A stretch of DNA of 64,000 nt from Gammaproteobacteria bacterium 13_2_20CM_66_19 (lineage in GTDB: Bacteria; Pseudomonadota; Gammaproteobacteria; Steroidobacterales; Steroidobacteraceae): contig MNCZ01000066.1 in the NCBI GenBank assembly GCA_001914695.1, positions 10,544 to 74,543 of the forward strand, read 5' to 3'. Position 1 is the stretch's first letter. Each line of letters opens with the position of its first letter. Of the stretch, positions 44,750-55,408 are shown in pieces. A program made the translations under genes and the position numbers. The notes beneath the pieces were generated by a model. It saw nothing but the letters and a program-made list of their open reading frames with translations. It did not search any database and was not told the origin of the DNA.

Positions 44750-46102
44750 GTGTTCGAACGCCCGCGGACTGGTGAGCGCGCCGTACTGGTGCGTCTCGGG
44801 CTGGGCGCCCAGGTCGATCCGGAGGATCTGCAGGAATTCACGCAGCTCGCGGTCTCGGCGGGAGCGCTCCCGGTCGCCACGCTGACGGGACGGCGGGACC
44901 GCCCCGACCCGCGTTATTTCCTCGGCAGCGGCAAGGCGGAGGAGCTGCGGGGCATCGCGCACGCGAGTGACGCGCAGATCATCCTCATCGATCACGCGCT
45001 TTCCCCGAGCCAGGAGCGCAACCTCGAGAAGCTCATCGAGCGGCGGGTGCTCGATCGCAACGGCCTGATCCTCGACATCTTCGCGCAGCGCGCACGCAGC
45101 TTCGAGGGCAAGCTCGAAGTCGAGCTCGCGCAGCTCAAGCACATCGCCAGCCGCCTGGTGCGCGGGTGGACCCACCTCGAGCGTCAGAAGGGCGGCATCG
45201 GACTGCGCGGCCCGGGCGAGACCCAGCTGGAGACCGATCGGCGCATCATTGCGCAGCGGGTGCGCGTGCTCACCCGCCGGCTGGCCCGGATCCAGCAGCA
45301 GCGCGAGACCGGGCGGCAGACGCGCGCCGAGATCCGGGTTCCCTCGCTGGCACTCGTCGGCTACACCAACGCCGGCAAGTCGACGCTGTTTCGTGCGCTC
45401 ACGGGCGCCGACGCCTATGTGGCCGACCAGCTGTTCGCCACGCTCGATCCGACGGTGCGGCGTTTGACGCTCCCGGGCGGCACCGCGGTGGTGGCGGCGG
45501 ATACGGTGGGATTCATCCGCGAGCTGCCGCACGAGCTGGTCGCGGCCTTCCAGTCGACGCTCACCGAGGCGCGCGCGGCGACGCTGCTGCTGCACGTGGT
45601 GGACGCGAGCGATCCGCGGCGCGATGAGCAGATCGGCCAGGTCAATGCCGTGCTCGCGGAGATCGGCGCCAGCGGGATTCCGCAGGTCCTCGTCTACAAC
45701 AAGATCGACCGGCTCGGGAGTGCGCCGCGCATCGACCGCGATCCGTCCGGCCGCGCCACCGCGGTGTGGATCTCCGCCGAGAGGCGCGTGGGACTCGAGT
45801 GGCTCGCGCGCGCGGTGGCGGAGCGACTGGCGCGCCTCGCGCGCCGCGCGCGCCTGCGGATGCCGGCCGGCGCCGGGGCGCTGCGCTCGCGGCTGTACGC
45901 GGCGCAGGCGGTCCGCGCGGAGACCTCCGCCGAGGATGGCTCGATCGAGCTGGCGGTGGAGTTACCGGACCTCGAGCTGCTCGAGCTCGCGCGCACCGCC
46001 GGCGTGCAGATTCTCGAGGTGCAGGGGGCCGATATGCCTTGTGCCCCCGGGATGGGCTACCTACAATCGACCGCCGTCTCGGGCGCGACCAAGCTGCGCT
46101 GA
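44750..46102 (+). CDS. hflX: Ribosome-associated GTPase HflX
   Basis: GSGKAEEL..., LDRNGLILDIFAQRA.S.EGKLQVELAQL, and G-domain motifs GYTNAGKSTLF, DTVGFI and NKID. Confidence 0.93.
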   Translation: MFERPRTGERAVLVRLGLGAQVDPEDLQEFTQLAVSAGALPVATLTGRRDRPDPRYFLGSGKAEELRGIAHASDAQIILIDHALSPSQERNLEKLIERRVLDRNGLILDIFAQRARSFEGKLEVELAQLKHIASRLVRGWTHLERQKGGIGLRGPGETQLETDRRIIAQRVRVLTRRLARIQQQRETGRQTRAEIRVPSLALVGYTNAGKSTLFRALTGADAYVADQLFATLDPTVRRLTLPGGTAVVAADTVGFIRELPHELVAAFQSTLTEARAATLLLHVVDASDPRRDEQIGQVNAVLAEIGASGIPQVLVYNKIDRLGSAPRIDRDPSGRATAVWISAERRVGLEWLARAVAERLARLARRARLRMPAGAGALRSRLYAAQAVRAETSAEDGSIELAVELPDLELLELARTAGVQILEVQGADMPCAPGMGYLQSTAVSGATKLR

Positions 46103-46117
46103 GTTCGCGCACGCCCT

Positions 46118-47227
46118 ATGGCCTGGAATCAACCAAGCGGTCCGAACAATCCGTGGGGACGCCGTCCGGGTCAGGGGGGACCGGATCTGGACGAGCGCCT
46201 GAAGAGCTGGCAGCGCCGGCTCGAGGCGTGGCTCCGGCCCGGGGGCCGCGGCGGGGACAGCGGCTCGTTGTTCCTGATCGCGGCGCTCGTGGTGCTCGGC
46301 GGCTGGGTGTTCAGCGGCTTCTACCAGGTCGAGCAGGCGCAGCGCGGCATCATCCAGCGCTTCGGGAAGCTGGTCGACATCAAGGCCCCGGGGGTCGGCT
46401 GGCGCTGGCCCTGGCCCATCGAGACGGTGACGAAAGTCAACGTCGCGAACGTGAACTCGAGCGACTTCAAGTCCCGGGTGCTGACCTCCGACGTAAATCT
46501 AGTCGAGCTGCACTTCGCGGTTCAGTACCAGTTCGCGGATCCGGTGAAGAAACTGTTCCGGGTGCACGATCCGGAAGCCACGCTGACCGAGGTGAGCGAG
46601 AGCGCGATCCGTGAGATCGTGGGACGCAGCACACTGGATGAGCTGCTGGTCGGCACGACCCGGCCGGAGATCACCCGGCGTACGAAGGAGCTCATCCAGC
46701 ATACGCTCGAGTACTACAACTCCGGCATTACGGTCACGACGGTGAACCTCGAGGACGTGCAGGTTCCCGACGCCGTGATCCCCTCGCAGCGCGACGCCAA
46801 CAAGGCGCAGGCCGACAAGGAGCGCTTCATCCTCGAGTCCGAGGCCTATGCCAACGGCATCGTTCCCGTGGCGCAGGGCGCCGCCCTGCGCATGCAGCAG
46901 GATGCGCAGGCCTACAAGTCGCAGCAGATCGCGCTCGCCGAAGGGCAGGCCTCGCGGTTCACGCAGATCGAGGCGGCCTACGAGCAGTCGCCCGAGGTGA
47001 CGCGCCGGCGGCTCTACATGGATACGGTCGAGAGCGTGCTGGCGCGCGCGCACAAGGTGCTCATCGACTCGCGCTCCGGCGGCAACCTGCTCTACCTGCC
47101 CATCGAGAAGCTCCTCGAGAAGGCCGCCTCGCGCGAGCCCGCGGAGGGCTCCGAGACGCCGGCCGCCGGCTCGCAGAAAGAGCCGGATTCGGTCACGGTC
47201 GAAGCCCGCGGGCGGGGAGAGCGCTGA
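46118..47227 (+). CDS. hflK: FtsH protease modulator HflK
   Basis: MAWNQPSG..NPWG...GPPDLDE N-terminus, one TM helix and an SPFH/band-7 domain. Conserved hflX-hflK-hflC order. Confidence 0.92.
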   Translation: MAWNQPSGPNNPWGRRPGQGGPDLDERLKSWQRRLEAWLRPGGRGGDSGSLFLIAALVVLGGWVFSGFYQVEQAQRGIIQRFGKLVDIKAPGVGWRWPWPIETVTKVNVANVNSSDFKSRVLTSDVNLVELHFAVQYQFADPVKKLFRVHDPEATLTEVSESAIREIVGRSTLDELLVGTTRPEITRRTKELIQHTLEYYNSGITVTTVNLEDVQVPDAVIPSQRDANKAQADKERFILESEAYANGIVPVAQGAALRMQQDAQAYKSQQIALAEGQASRFTQIEAAYEQSPEVTRRRLYMDTVESVLARAHKVLIDSRSGGNLLYLPIEKLLEKAASREPAEGSETPAAGSQKEPDSVTVEARGRGER

Positions 47228-48108
47228 TGAGCTCGCGGCTGGTCCCGGTGCTGTTCGCGGCGGGGGTGCTGCTGGTGCTCGCGTCGCTGTCGCTCTTCAC
47301 GGTCAATGAGACGGAATTCGCGATCCGCACGGAGTTCGGCGCGATCGTGGGCATGCAGTACGCGCCAGGGCTGCACACCAAGTGGCCGTGGGACGTGGTG
47401 ACGAAGTTCGACCGGCGCATCCTCTCGCAGTCCTACACCGGCGAGACCTTCCTCACGAACGACGGCCGCGGGCTGATCGTGGACTTCTACGTGAAGTGGC
47501 GCGTCAAGGAGCCGGGGCTGTACTTCACGGCCACCGGCGGGCGCGAGGATCTGGCCGGCGAGCGGCTGGCCGAGATCGTCAAGGACGGCATCAAGAGCGT
47601 CGTGGCGCAGCGCACGCTCCAGCAGATCGTATCGGCCGAGCGCGCCGCGGTGACGGGGCAGATGTTCGGCCAGGCGAGCCACAATGCGGCGGGCCTGGGC
47701 GTCGACCTGGTGGACGTGCGCGTGCAGCGCATCGATCTGCCCGACGAGGTGGCCGCGCGCGTCTACGAGAGCATGAAGCAGAGCTTCGCGAAGACAGCCA
47801 GCCGGCTGCGCGCCGAAGGGCAGAGCGCCAGCGCCGGCATCCGCGCCTCCGCCGAGCGTCAGCGCACCGTGATCCTCGCCGACGCGGAACGCGATGCGCT
47901 GCGAGTGCGCGGCGAAGGCGATGGCGCCGCCGCCCAGATCTATGCGCACGCCTACGCGAAGAATCCCGAGTTCTACGCCTTCTACCGCAGTCTGCAGGCT
48001 TACGAGCGCTCGCTCGGCAAGGATGGTGACCTGCTGGTGGTGAGCCCCGACGGGGACTTCTTCAAGTATCTGAAGGAGCCGTCGAGGACCTCAGCCCCGC
48101 GGCGCTAG
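47227..48108 (+). CDS. hflC: FtsH protease modulator HflC
   Basis: N-terminal TM helix plus SPFH domain. ATG overlaps the hflK stop (TGATG). Confidence 0.92.
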   Translation: MSSRLVPVLFAAGVLLVLASLSLFTVNETEFAIRTEFGAIVGMQYAPGLHTKWPWDVVTKFDRRILSQSYTGETFLTNDGRGLIVDFYVKWRVKEPGLYFTATGGREDLAGERLAEIVKDGIKSVVAQRTLQQIVSAERAAVTGQMFGQASHNAAGLGVDLVDVRVQRIDLPDEVAARVYESMKQSFAKTASRLRAEGQSASAGIRASAERQRTVILADAERDALRVRGEGDGAAAQIYAHAYAKNPEFYAFYRSLQAYERSLGKDGDLLVVSPDGDFFKYLKEPSRTSAPRR

Positions 48109-48112
48109 CTGA

Positions 48113-49633
<1,521 letters not shown>

Positions 49634-49635
49634 GC

Positions 49636-51321
49636 CTGAGTGCACCAGCGGGCGCGCGCGCAGCTCCCGCGGCGCGGCGGGCGCTGGCGCTCATCATCCT
49701 CCTCGCGTGCCTGCTCGCGGCGGGCAGCTGGCGCGTGTATTCCAACACCTGGGACGAGCCGGAACACCTCGCCGCGGGCGTCGAGCTGCTGGACCGCGGG
49801 CGCTACGAATATGACACCGAGCATCCGCCGCTCGCCCGCGTGCTGCTCGCGCTCGGTCCGTACCTCGCCGGAGCGCACTCCTTCGGTACCCCGCCGCCGA
49901 GCGGCACCCCGGAGGGCGTCGACATTCTCTACCAGGACGGCCACTACTGGCGCTATCTCACTCTCGCGCGGCTCGGCATGCTGCCCTTCCTCGTGCTGCT
50001 GTGCCTCGCGACCTGGCTGTGGGCGCGGCGGCTCCTCGAGTCGGAGCGCGCGGCGCTGCTCGCCGTGCTGCTGCTCGTCTCGGTGCCGGCGGTGCTCGGG
50101 CACGCGGCGCTCGCGAGTCTCGATGTGGCGGCGGCCGCGACCTGCCTGTTCGCGCTCTATGCTCTCGAGCTGTGGCTCGTGAGTGCGCGGCTCGCGGAGG
50201 CGGCGCGTTTCGGGCTCGCGGCCGGCGTTGCGGTCGGCACCAAGTTCTCGGCCGTGCCGTTCATCGGGCTCGCCCTGCCGGCGCTGGCGCTCACGCGGGC
50301 GGCGACGGCGTGGCGGCAGACCCCCGGGGCCGGGCCGAGGGCGTGGCTGGTGGGACTCACCCTCGCGGGACTCGCCGCGCTCCTGCCGCTCGCGCTCGCC
50401 TACGGACCGCGCTCGGCCAACCCGGCGGGCGTCGCGCTGCGTTTCAACTGGGCCGTGTCCTACCTGTTGCAGGAGCGGGGTCCCGATCATCTGCTCGGCG
50501 TGCTGCTCTCGCATCTGTCACTGCCGCGCGAGGCGAAGGACCTCCTCAACGGCATCGTGGCCGTGAAGGCTCACAACGACAGCGGTCACCTGTCGTACCT
50601 CCTGGGGCGCACCGGCACGACGGGCTGGTGGTATTTCTATCTGGTAGCGCTCGCCGTCAAGACGCCCATTCCGCTTCTGGCTGCCGGACCTGTCGGGGTC
50701 GCCTGGCTGGCCCGTGAGGGCTGGCGCGACCGCAATCCCTGGGCGCTCGCGCCCGCGGTGCTCATCGTGACGCTGCTCGCCTTCGCCAGCCTCTTCAGTC
50801 ACATCAACGTCGGCATCCGGCACATCCTGGTGCTGTATCCCTTTCTCGCCATCGGTGCCGCCTATGTCACGGTGCGCGCCTGGCGCTCGCTGGCCGCGCT
50901 CCGCCCGCGGCGCGCCGCGACGGCTGGTACCGCGGTAGTGCTCACGCTGGTGTTCTGGCAGTTGAGCACGTTGGGGACCGCGTATCCGGACTATCTGCCG
51001 TATTTCAATGAGGCCGTTCCCCACCCGGAGCGGGTGCTGGTCGATTCGGATCTGGACTGGGGGCAGGATCTGCGACGGCTGGAGCTGCGCGCCGCGCAGC
51101 TCGGCATCGCGAAGCTCAGCATCGCCTACCGTGGCACGGCGGACCTGAAGCGCGAGCCGCTGCCTGCGTTCGTGGTTCTCGGGTCGCGCCGGCCGGTGAG
51201 CGGCTGGGTGGCGATCTCCGAGCTCGCGCGCACTCGCAATCCCGCCGACTACGCCTGGCTCGATGCGTACCCCCCGCTCGAGCGCATCGGCAAGTCGATC
51301 GATCTCTACTACATTCCCTGA
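49636..51321 (+). CDS. Family-39 (ArnT/PMT-like) glycosyltransferase, multi-pass membrane protein
   Basis: The first TM helix is followed by NTWDEPEHLAAG...YDTEHPPLARVL, a GT39/GT-C signature loop, then 10 or more further helices. The start is not resolved: no ATG/GTG/TTG lies in frame between the purA stop and the first TM helix. Coordinates begin at CTG 49636. Confidence 0.7.
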   Translation: MSAPAGARAAPAARRALALIILLACLLAAGSWRVYSNTWDEPEHLAAGVELLDRGRYEYDTEHPPLARVLLALGPYLAGAHSFGTPPPSGTPEGVDILYQDGHYWRYLTLARLGMLPFLVLLCLATWLWARRLLESERAALLAVLLLVSVPAVLGHAALASLDVAAAATCLFALYALELWLVSARLAEAARFGLAAGVAVGTKFSAVPFIGLALPALALTRAATAWRQTPGAGPRAWLVGLTLAGLAALLPLALAYGPRSANPAGVALRFNWAVSYLLQERGPDHLLGVLLSHLSLPREAKDLLNGIVAVKAHNDSGHLSYLLGRTGTTGWWYFYLVALAVKTPIPLLAAGPVGVAWLAREGWRDRNPWALAPAVLIVTLLAFASLFSHINVGIRHILVLYPFLAIGAAYVTVRAWRSLAALRPRRAATAGTAVVLTLVFWQLSTLGTAYPDYLPYFNEAVPHPERVLVDSDLDWGQDLRRLELRAAQLGIAKLSIAYRGTADLKREPLPAFVVLGSRRPVSGWVAISELARTRNPADYAWLDAYPPLERIGKSIDLYYIP

Positions 51322-51352
51322 AGGGGCACCCGCACCGGGCCCCCTTCGGGCT

Positions 51353-52609
51353 TCAGGAGGCCTGCGGCGCGGCCGGGGCGCGCAGCCGCGTGATGCGCAC
51401 CAGCGGCGGCGGGTGCGAATAGTAGAACGCGGCGTAGAGCGCATCCGGCGTCAGCGTGCTGGCGTTGTCGCGATGGAGCTTGACCAGGGCGCTCGCGAGC
51501 TCGGCGGCGCTCGCGTGGCGGCTCGCGAAATCGTCCGCCTCGAACTCGTGGCGACGCGACCAGAGCGAGGCGAGCGGAGTGACGAAGAAGGTGAAAGCCG
51601 GCGCCGCGAAGGCAAAGAGCAGCAGCGCCGCGTGCGTCGACGGCACCGGCACGCCGAGCGCCGCGTAGAAGCCCGGCTCCCGGCTGAGCCACCCGAGCAG
51701 CGCCAGTCCCGCGAAGGCGAGCGCGACCGAGAGCAGCAGCCGCTGGCGCACGTGCCGGAGTCGGAAATGACCGAGCTCGTGCGCGAGCACCGCCTCGACT
51801 TCGGGGTGCGCGAGCTGCTCGAGGAGCGTATCGAAGAACACGATGCGCTTGTGGCGGCCGATGCCCGTGAAGTAGGCGTTGCCGTGGGTCGAGCGACGCG
51901 AGCTGTCGACGACGAATACTCCGCGTGAGGTGAAGCCGCAGCGATCGAGCAGCGCTTCGAGCCGCTCCCGCAGCGCCAGGTCCGGAAGCGGCACGAAGCG
52001 GTTGAAAAGCGGTGCGATGAATGCCGGCCAGGCCCAGGTCATGAGCAGCATGACCGCGAGCCACAGCCCCCATGCCCACACCCACCACCACCGTACCGCG
52101 CGCTCCATCAGCAGCAGTATCGCGGTGAGCACCGGAGCGCCGAGCGCCACGGCGAGCGCGAGGCCCCTGCCGAGGTCGGCGAGGAACAGCGCGGGTGTGG
52201 TGCGGTTGAAGCCAAAGCGCGCCTCGAGCCCGAAGGTCCGCCACACCGAGAGAGGCAGGTGGATGAGCTGCACGAGGAGCGCCACGCTGGCGATGACGGC
52301 CAGCCCGAGCCAGGGCTCGGTGAGTCGGCCGTGGCGCCAGAGGGCATCCAGCGCCGCGATGCCGCCACCGACCGTGAGGGCGAGTGTGAGCGCCGCGTCG
52401 ATCAGGCTCCCGAAGCGACCCAGGCGCAGCCTCGCGAGGGTGTAGTCGGCCGCCTTGCCGTGCTCGGCCGGCGAGATGCTCGCGGCGAACGGCCCGGGCA
52501 CGCGCTCGCGGTGACGCGCCACGGCGGCGGCCTGGCGCGCGCCGAGCCACAGCTCGATGGCGAGTCCGAGGAGGACCGCGAGGACGAAGAGTGCCGTCAG
52601 CCAGCGCAT
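51353..52609 (-). CDS. M48-family (Ste24/HtpX-like) zinc metalloprotease
   Basis: Multi-pass N-terminal region, HELGHF zinc motif, downstream EFEAD glutamate block and YSHPP C-terminal motif. ATG 52609 (MRWLTALFVL) chosen. Confidence 0.85.
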   Translation of the reverse strand: MRWLTALFVLAVLLGLAIELWLGARQAAAVARHRERVPGPFAASISPAEHGKAADYTLARLRLGRFGSLIDAALTLALTVGGGIAALDALWRHGRLTEPWLGLAVIASVALLVQLIHLPLSVWRTFGLEARFGFNRTTPALFLADLGRGLALAVALGAPVLTAILLLMERAVRWWWVWAWGLWLAVMLLMTWAWPAFIAPLFNRFVPLPDLALRERLEALLDRCGFTSRGVFVVDSSRRSTHGNAYFTGIGRHKRIVFFDTLLEQLAHPEVEAVLAHELGHFRLRHVRQRLLLSVALAFAGLALLGWLSREPGFYAALGVPVPSTHAALLLFAFAAPAFTFFVTPLASLWSRRHEFEADDFASRHASAAELASALVKLHRDNASTLTPDALYAAFYYSHPPPLVRITRLRAPAAPQAS

Positions 52610-52623
52610 CCGGGCACGTCCCC

Positions 52624-53427
52624 TCAGGGGGCCACCCACCCCGAGCCGAGCAGGGTCTCGCTGAATTCGCGCGCTACGCGTGGATCGGGGCGGGCGAGCT
52701 TGCGCTTGGCGCTCGCGAACGGAATGCGCGCCAGGATGTCGCGAATGACGTTCAGCCGCGCCTGGTGCTTGTCGTCGGCGCGCACCAGTATCCACGGCGC
52801 ATGCTGTTGATGGGTGCGCAGCAACATGCTGTCGCGAGCCCGGCTGTAATCGCGCCAGTGTCGTTGCGCTGCTTCGTCGACCGGGCTGATCTTCCACTGC
52901 TTGAGCGGGTCGCGGCGGCGCGCACGCAGTCGCCGCGCCTGCTCCTCGCGGCTGATGTCGAGGTAATACTTGAGGAGCGAGATTCCCGAGCGCACCAGCA
53001 TGCGCTCGAAGCGTGGAGCCGAATCCAGGAACTCGTCGCGCTCCGCGCGGGTGCAGAACTTCATGACGTACTCGACGCCGGCGCGGTTATACCAACTGCG
53101 GTTGAAGAGGACGATCTCGCGGGCCGCCGGCAGGTGCCCGACGTAGCGCTGGAAGTACCACTCGGTGTCTTCGCGATCGCTCGGCTTGCCGGGAGCCACG
53201 ACCCGCACCTCGCGCGGGCTCAAGTGCGCCACGATGCGCTTGATCGTGCCGTCCTTGCCGGAGGCGTCGCGCCCCTCGAGGATCACGAGCAGCTTGCCGC
53301 CGTGCGCGATCACGTGCCGATGCAGCTTGACCAGCTCGATCTGCAGGCGGCGCAGCTCCCGCGCGTATTCCTTCTTGCCGATCCGCGGCGCGGACTCGCC
53401 CCCGCCCGAACGCTTGCTCGCCTTCAT
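52624..53427 (-). CDS. ppk2: Polyphosphate kinase 2
   Basis: Y..EL..LQIELVKL........KLLVILEGRDASGKDGTIKRI...PR..RVVA...P...E....YFQRY...LPAAREIVLFNRSWYNR are canonical PPK2 blocks. Confidence 0.92.
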   Translation of the reverse strand: MKASKRSGGGESAPRIGKKEYARELRRLQIELVKLHRHVIAHGGKLLVILEGRDASGKDGTIKRIVAHLSPREVRVVAPGKPSDREDTEWYFQRYVGHLPAAREIVLFNRSWYNRAGVEYVMKFCTRAERDEFLDSAPRFERMLVRSGISLLKYYLDISREEQARRLRARRRDPLKQWKISPVDEAAQRHWRDYSRARDSMLLRTHQQHAPWILVRADDKHQARLNVIRDILARIPFASAKRKLARPDPRVAREFSETLLGSGWVAP

Positions 53428-53469
53428 GGGTCCTCCGGCGTGATGGGTCCTCGGGCGCGCGGATCCCGG

Positions 53470-53679
53470 TCAGTGCGGCACGCGGTGCGCGCCGGCGCGC
53501 CAGCCGAGCCCCAGCATGACCGCGCCGAACGCCAGCAGCACCAGGCCCCACCAGAGGTTGATGTGGATGCCGAGCGAGCGCGCGTAGATCGCCGGATCGC
53601 TCAGCAACCCGAATCCCGTGAGCAGCAGCCCGAGGATGGTGAACATGACTCCGAGGGGCGTGCGGATGTCGAGGCCCAT
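53470..53679 (-). CDS. Small two-helix membrane protein of unknown function
   Basis: 69 aa with two clear hydrophobic helices. The start is 12 nt after the symporter stop, suggesting co-transcription. Confidence 0.5.
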   Translation of the reverse strand: MGLDIRTPLGVMFTILGLLLTGFGLLSDPAIYARSLGIHINLWWGLVLLAFGAVMLGLGWRAGAHRVPH

Positions 53680-53691
53680 GAGGGGAGCTCC

Positions 53692-55395
53692 TTACCAGAA
53701 GGCGAAGTTGAGCAGCAGCGTCACGGTGAGCACGGCCGCCCCGAGCGCCGCGGGCCGCGCGTACCAGGGCCGACCTGCCTCGCTCGGCCGCGGTGTAAGC
53801 GAGTAGACGAGCCCCACCAGCTCTTTCTCGGGGCGCGGCCGGGTGACGAGGCTCACGCCGACCGTCACGGTGAGGCACACCGTGAACGCCGAGATGGCCG
53901 TCCAGAAATTCTGCGCCATCTCGCTCGGGTAGAGATGCAGCACGGCGAGCCAGCCGCCCTTGATGCCGACCAGGCTCCCGCGGGGCAGCGTCAGCGCCTG
54001 ATGCAACGCCGCCGCCGCCGTGCCCGACAGCAGCCCGGCGAACGCGCCGTGGCCGGTGGCGCGCTTCCAGAACATTCCCAGCAGAAAGGTCGCGAACAGC
54101 GGCGCATTCACGAACGCGAACAGCAGCTGCAGCATGTCCATGATGTTGTTGAAGTGGTTGGCGACGTAGGCCGCGGCCACCGAGAGCGCGATGCCGAACA
54201 CGGTGGCCACGCGCCCCATGTTGAGATAATGGTGGTCGCTCGCACCGCGGTGTATGTAGGCCTGGTAGATGTCGTAGGTCCACACGGTGTTGAAGGCCGT
54301 GACGTTGCCCGCCATGCCGGACATGAAGCTGGCCAGGAGCGCCGTGAGCCCGAGGCCCAGCATGCCGTGCGGGAAGTAGTGGCTGAGCATCATGGGGATG
54401 GACAGATCGTAGTTGAGGGTGCCATCGGCCTTGTGAGGCAGCGCGAAGCCGCTCGCGCCCATTTGCATGCTGGAGGCGATCGCGATCATGCCCGGCACGA
54501 TGACCAGGAACGGGAACAGCATCTTCGGAATGGCGGCGATGAGGGGCACGCGGCGCGCGGCCGACATCGAATGCGCGGCCATGGCGCGCTGCACGACGAG
54601 GAAATCGGTGCACCAGTAGCCGAAGGACAGCACGAAGCCGAGTCCCATCACGACCCCGAACCACTCGACGCCCATGGGATTGGATGCGGCGTGGCCCATC
54701 TGGCTCCAGGTGCTCGACCATGCCCGAGAGGCGAAGCCCTGAGACGTCGCCACGTGCGTCAGCCGTTCGGTGAGTCCCTGCCAGCCCCCCAGATCCTTGA
54801 GGCCGAGGAACACCAGCGGCGCGAAACCGGCGACGATGAGGAAGAACTGCAGCACCTCGTTGTAGATGGCCGAGGTGAGTCCTCCGAGCAGGATATAGCC
54901 CAGCACGATGGCCGCGGACAGCCACACGCTCGTGTCGAAGTCCCAACCCAGGAGCAGATTCAGCAGCAGTCCCATGGCGTACATCGAGACGCCCGAGGAG
55001 AAAACCGTCATGGTCGCGAACGAGATCGCGTTCAGGCCGCGGGTCTTCTCGTCGAAGCGCATCTTCAGGTACTCGGGCACCGAGCGCGCCTGCGAGCCGT
55101 AGTAGAACGGCATCATGAAGACCCCGAGAAACACCATCGCGGGAATCGCGCCCACCCAGTAGAAATGGCTGGTCGCCATGCCGTACTTGGCCCCCGAGGC
55201 GGCCATGCCGATCACTTCCTGCGCGCCGAGGTTGGCGGAGAGGAATGCGAGCCCCGCGACCCACGCGGGAATCGAGCGGCCGGAGAGAAAATAATCCGTG
55301 CTGGTCTTCATGTAGCGCCGCAGCGTGAAGCCGATGCCCAGCACGAAGGCGAAGTACACGCCCATGATGACCCAGTCGATCTCGCTTGGATGCAC
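53692..55395 (-). CDS. Sodium:solute symporter (SSS) family transporter
   Basis: GTG 55395 lies after AAGGGGG. About 13 TM helices. N-terminal DWVIMGVYFAFVLGIGFTLRRYMKTSTDYFLSGRSIPAWV is the typical SSS opening. Confidence 0.88.
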   Translation of the reverse strand: MHPSEIDWVIMGVYFAFVLGIGFTLRRYMKTSTDYFLSGRSIPAWVAGLAFLSANLGAQEVIGMAASGAKYGMATSHFYWVGAIPAMVFLGVFMMPFYYGSQARSVPEYLKMRFDEKTRGLNAISFATMTVFSSGVSMYAMGLLLNLLLGWDFDTSVWLSAAIVLGYILLGGLTSAIYNEVLQFFLIVAGFAPLVFLGLKDLGGWQGLTERLTHVATSQGFASRAWSSTWSQMGHAASNPMGVEWFGVVMGLGFVLSFGYWCTDFLVVQRAMAAHSMSAARRVPLIAAIPKMLFPFLVIVPGMIAIASSMQMGASGFALPHKADGTLNYDLSIPMMLSHYFPHGMLGLGLTALLASFMSGMAGNVTAFNTVWTYDIYQAYIHRGASDHHYLNMGRVATVFGIALSVAAAYVANHFNNIMDMLQLLFAFVNAPLFATFLLGMFWKRATGHGAFAGLLSGTAAAALHQALTLPRGSLVGIKGGWLAVLHLYPSEMAQNFWTAISAFTVCLTVTVGVSLVTRPRPEKELVGLVYSLTPRPSEAGRPWYARPAALGAAVLTVTLLLNFAFW

Positions 55396-55408
55396 GAGCC
55401 CCCCCTTC

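Noticed and set aside
51320-51347. Hairpin GAAGGGG-N14-CCCCTTC between the convergent GT39 and M48 genes, considered as a bidirectional terminator
   Set aside because: It has only a 7-bp stem, a large loop and no flanking T/A tracts. The support is too weak.
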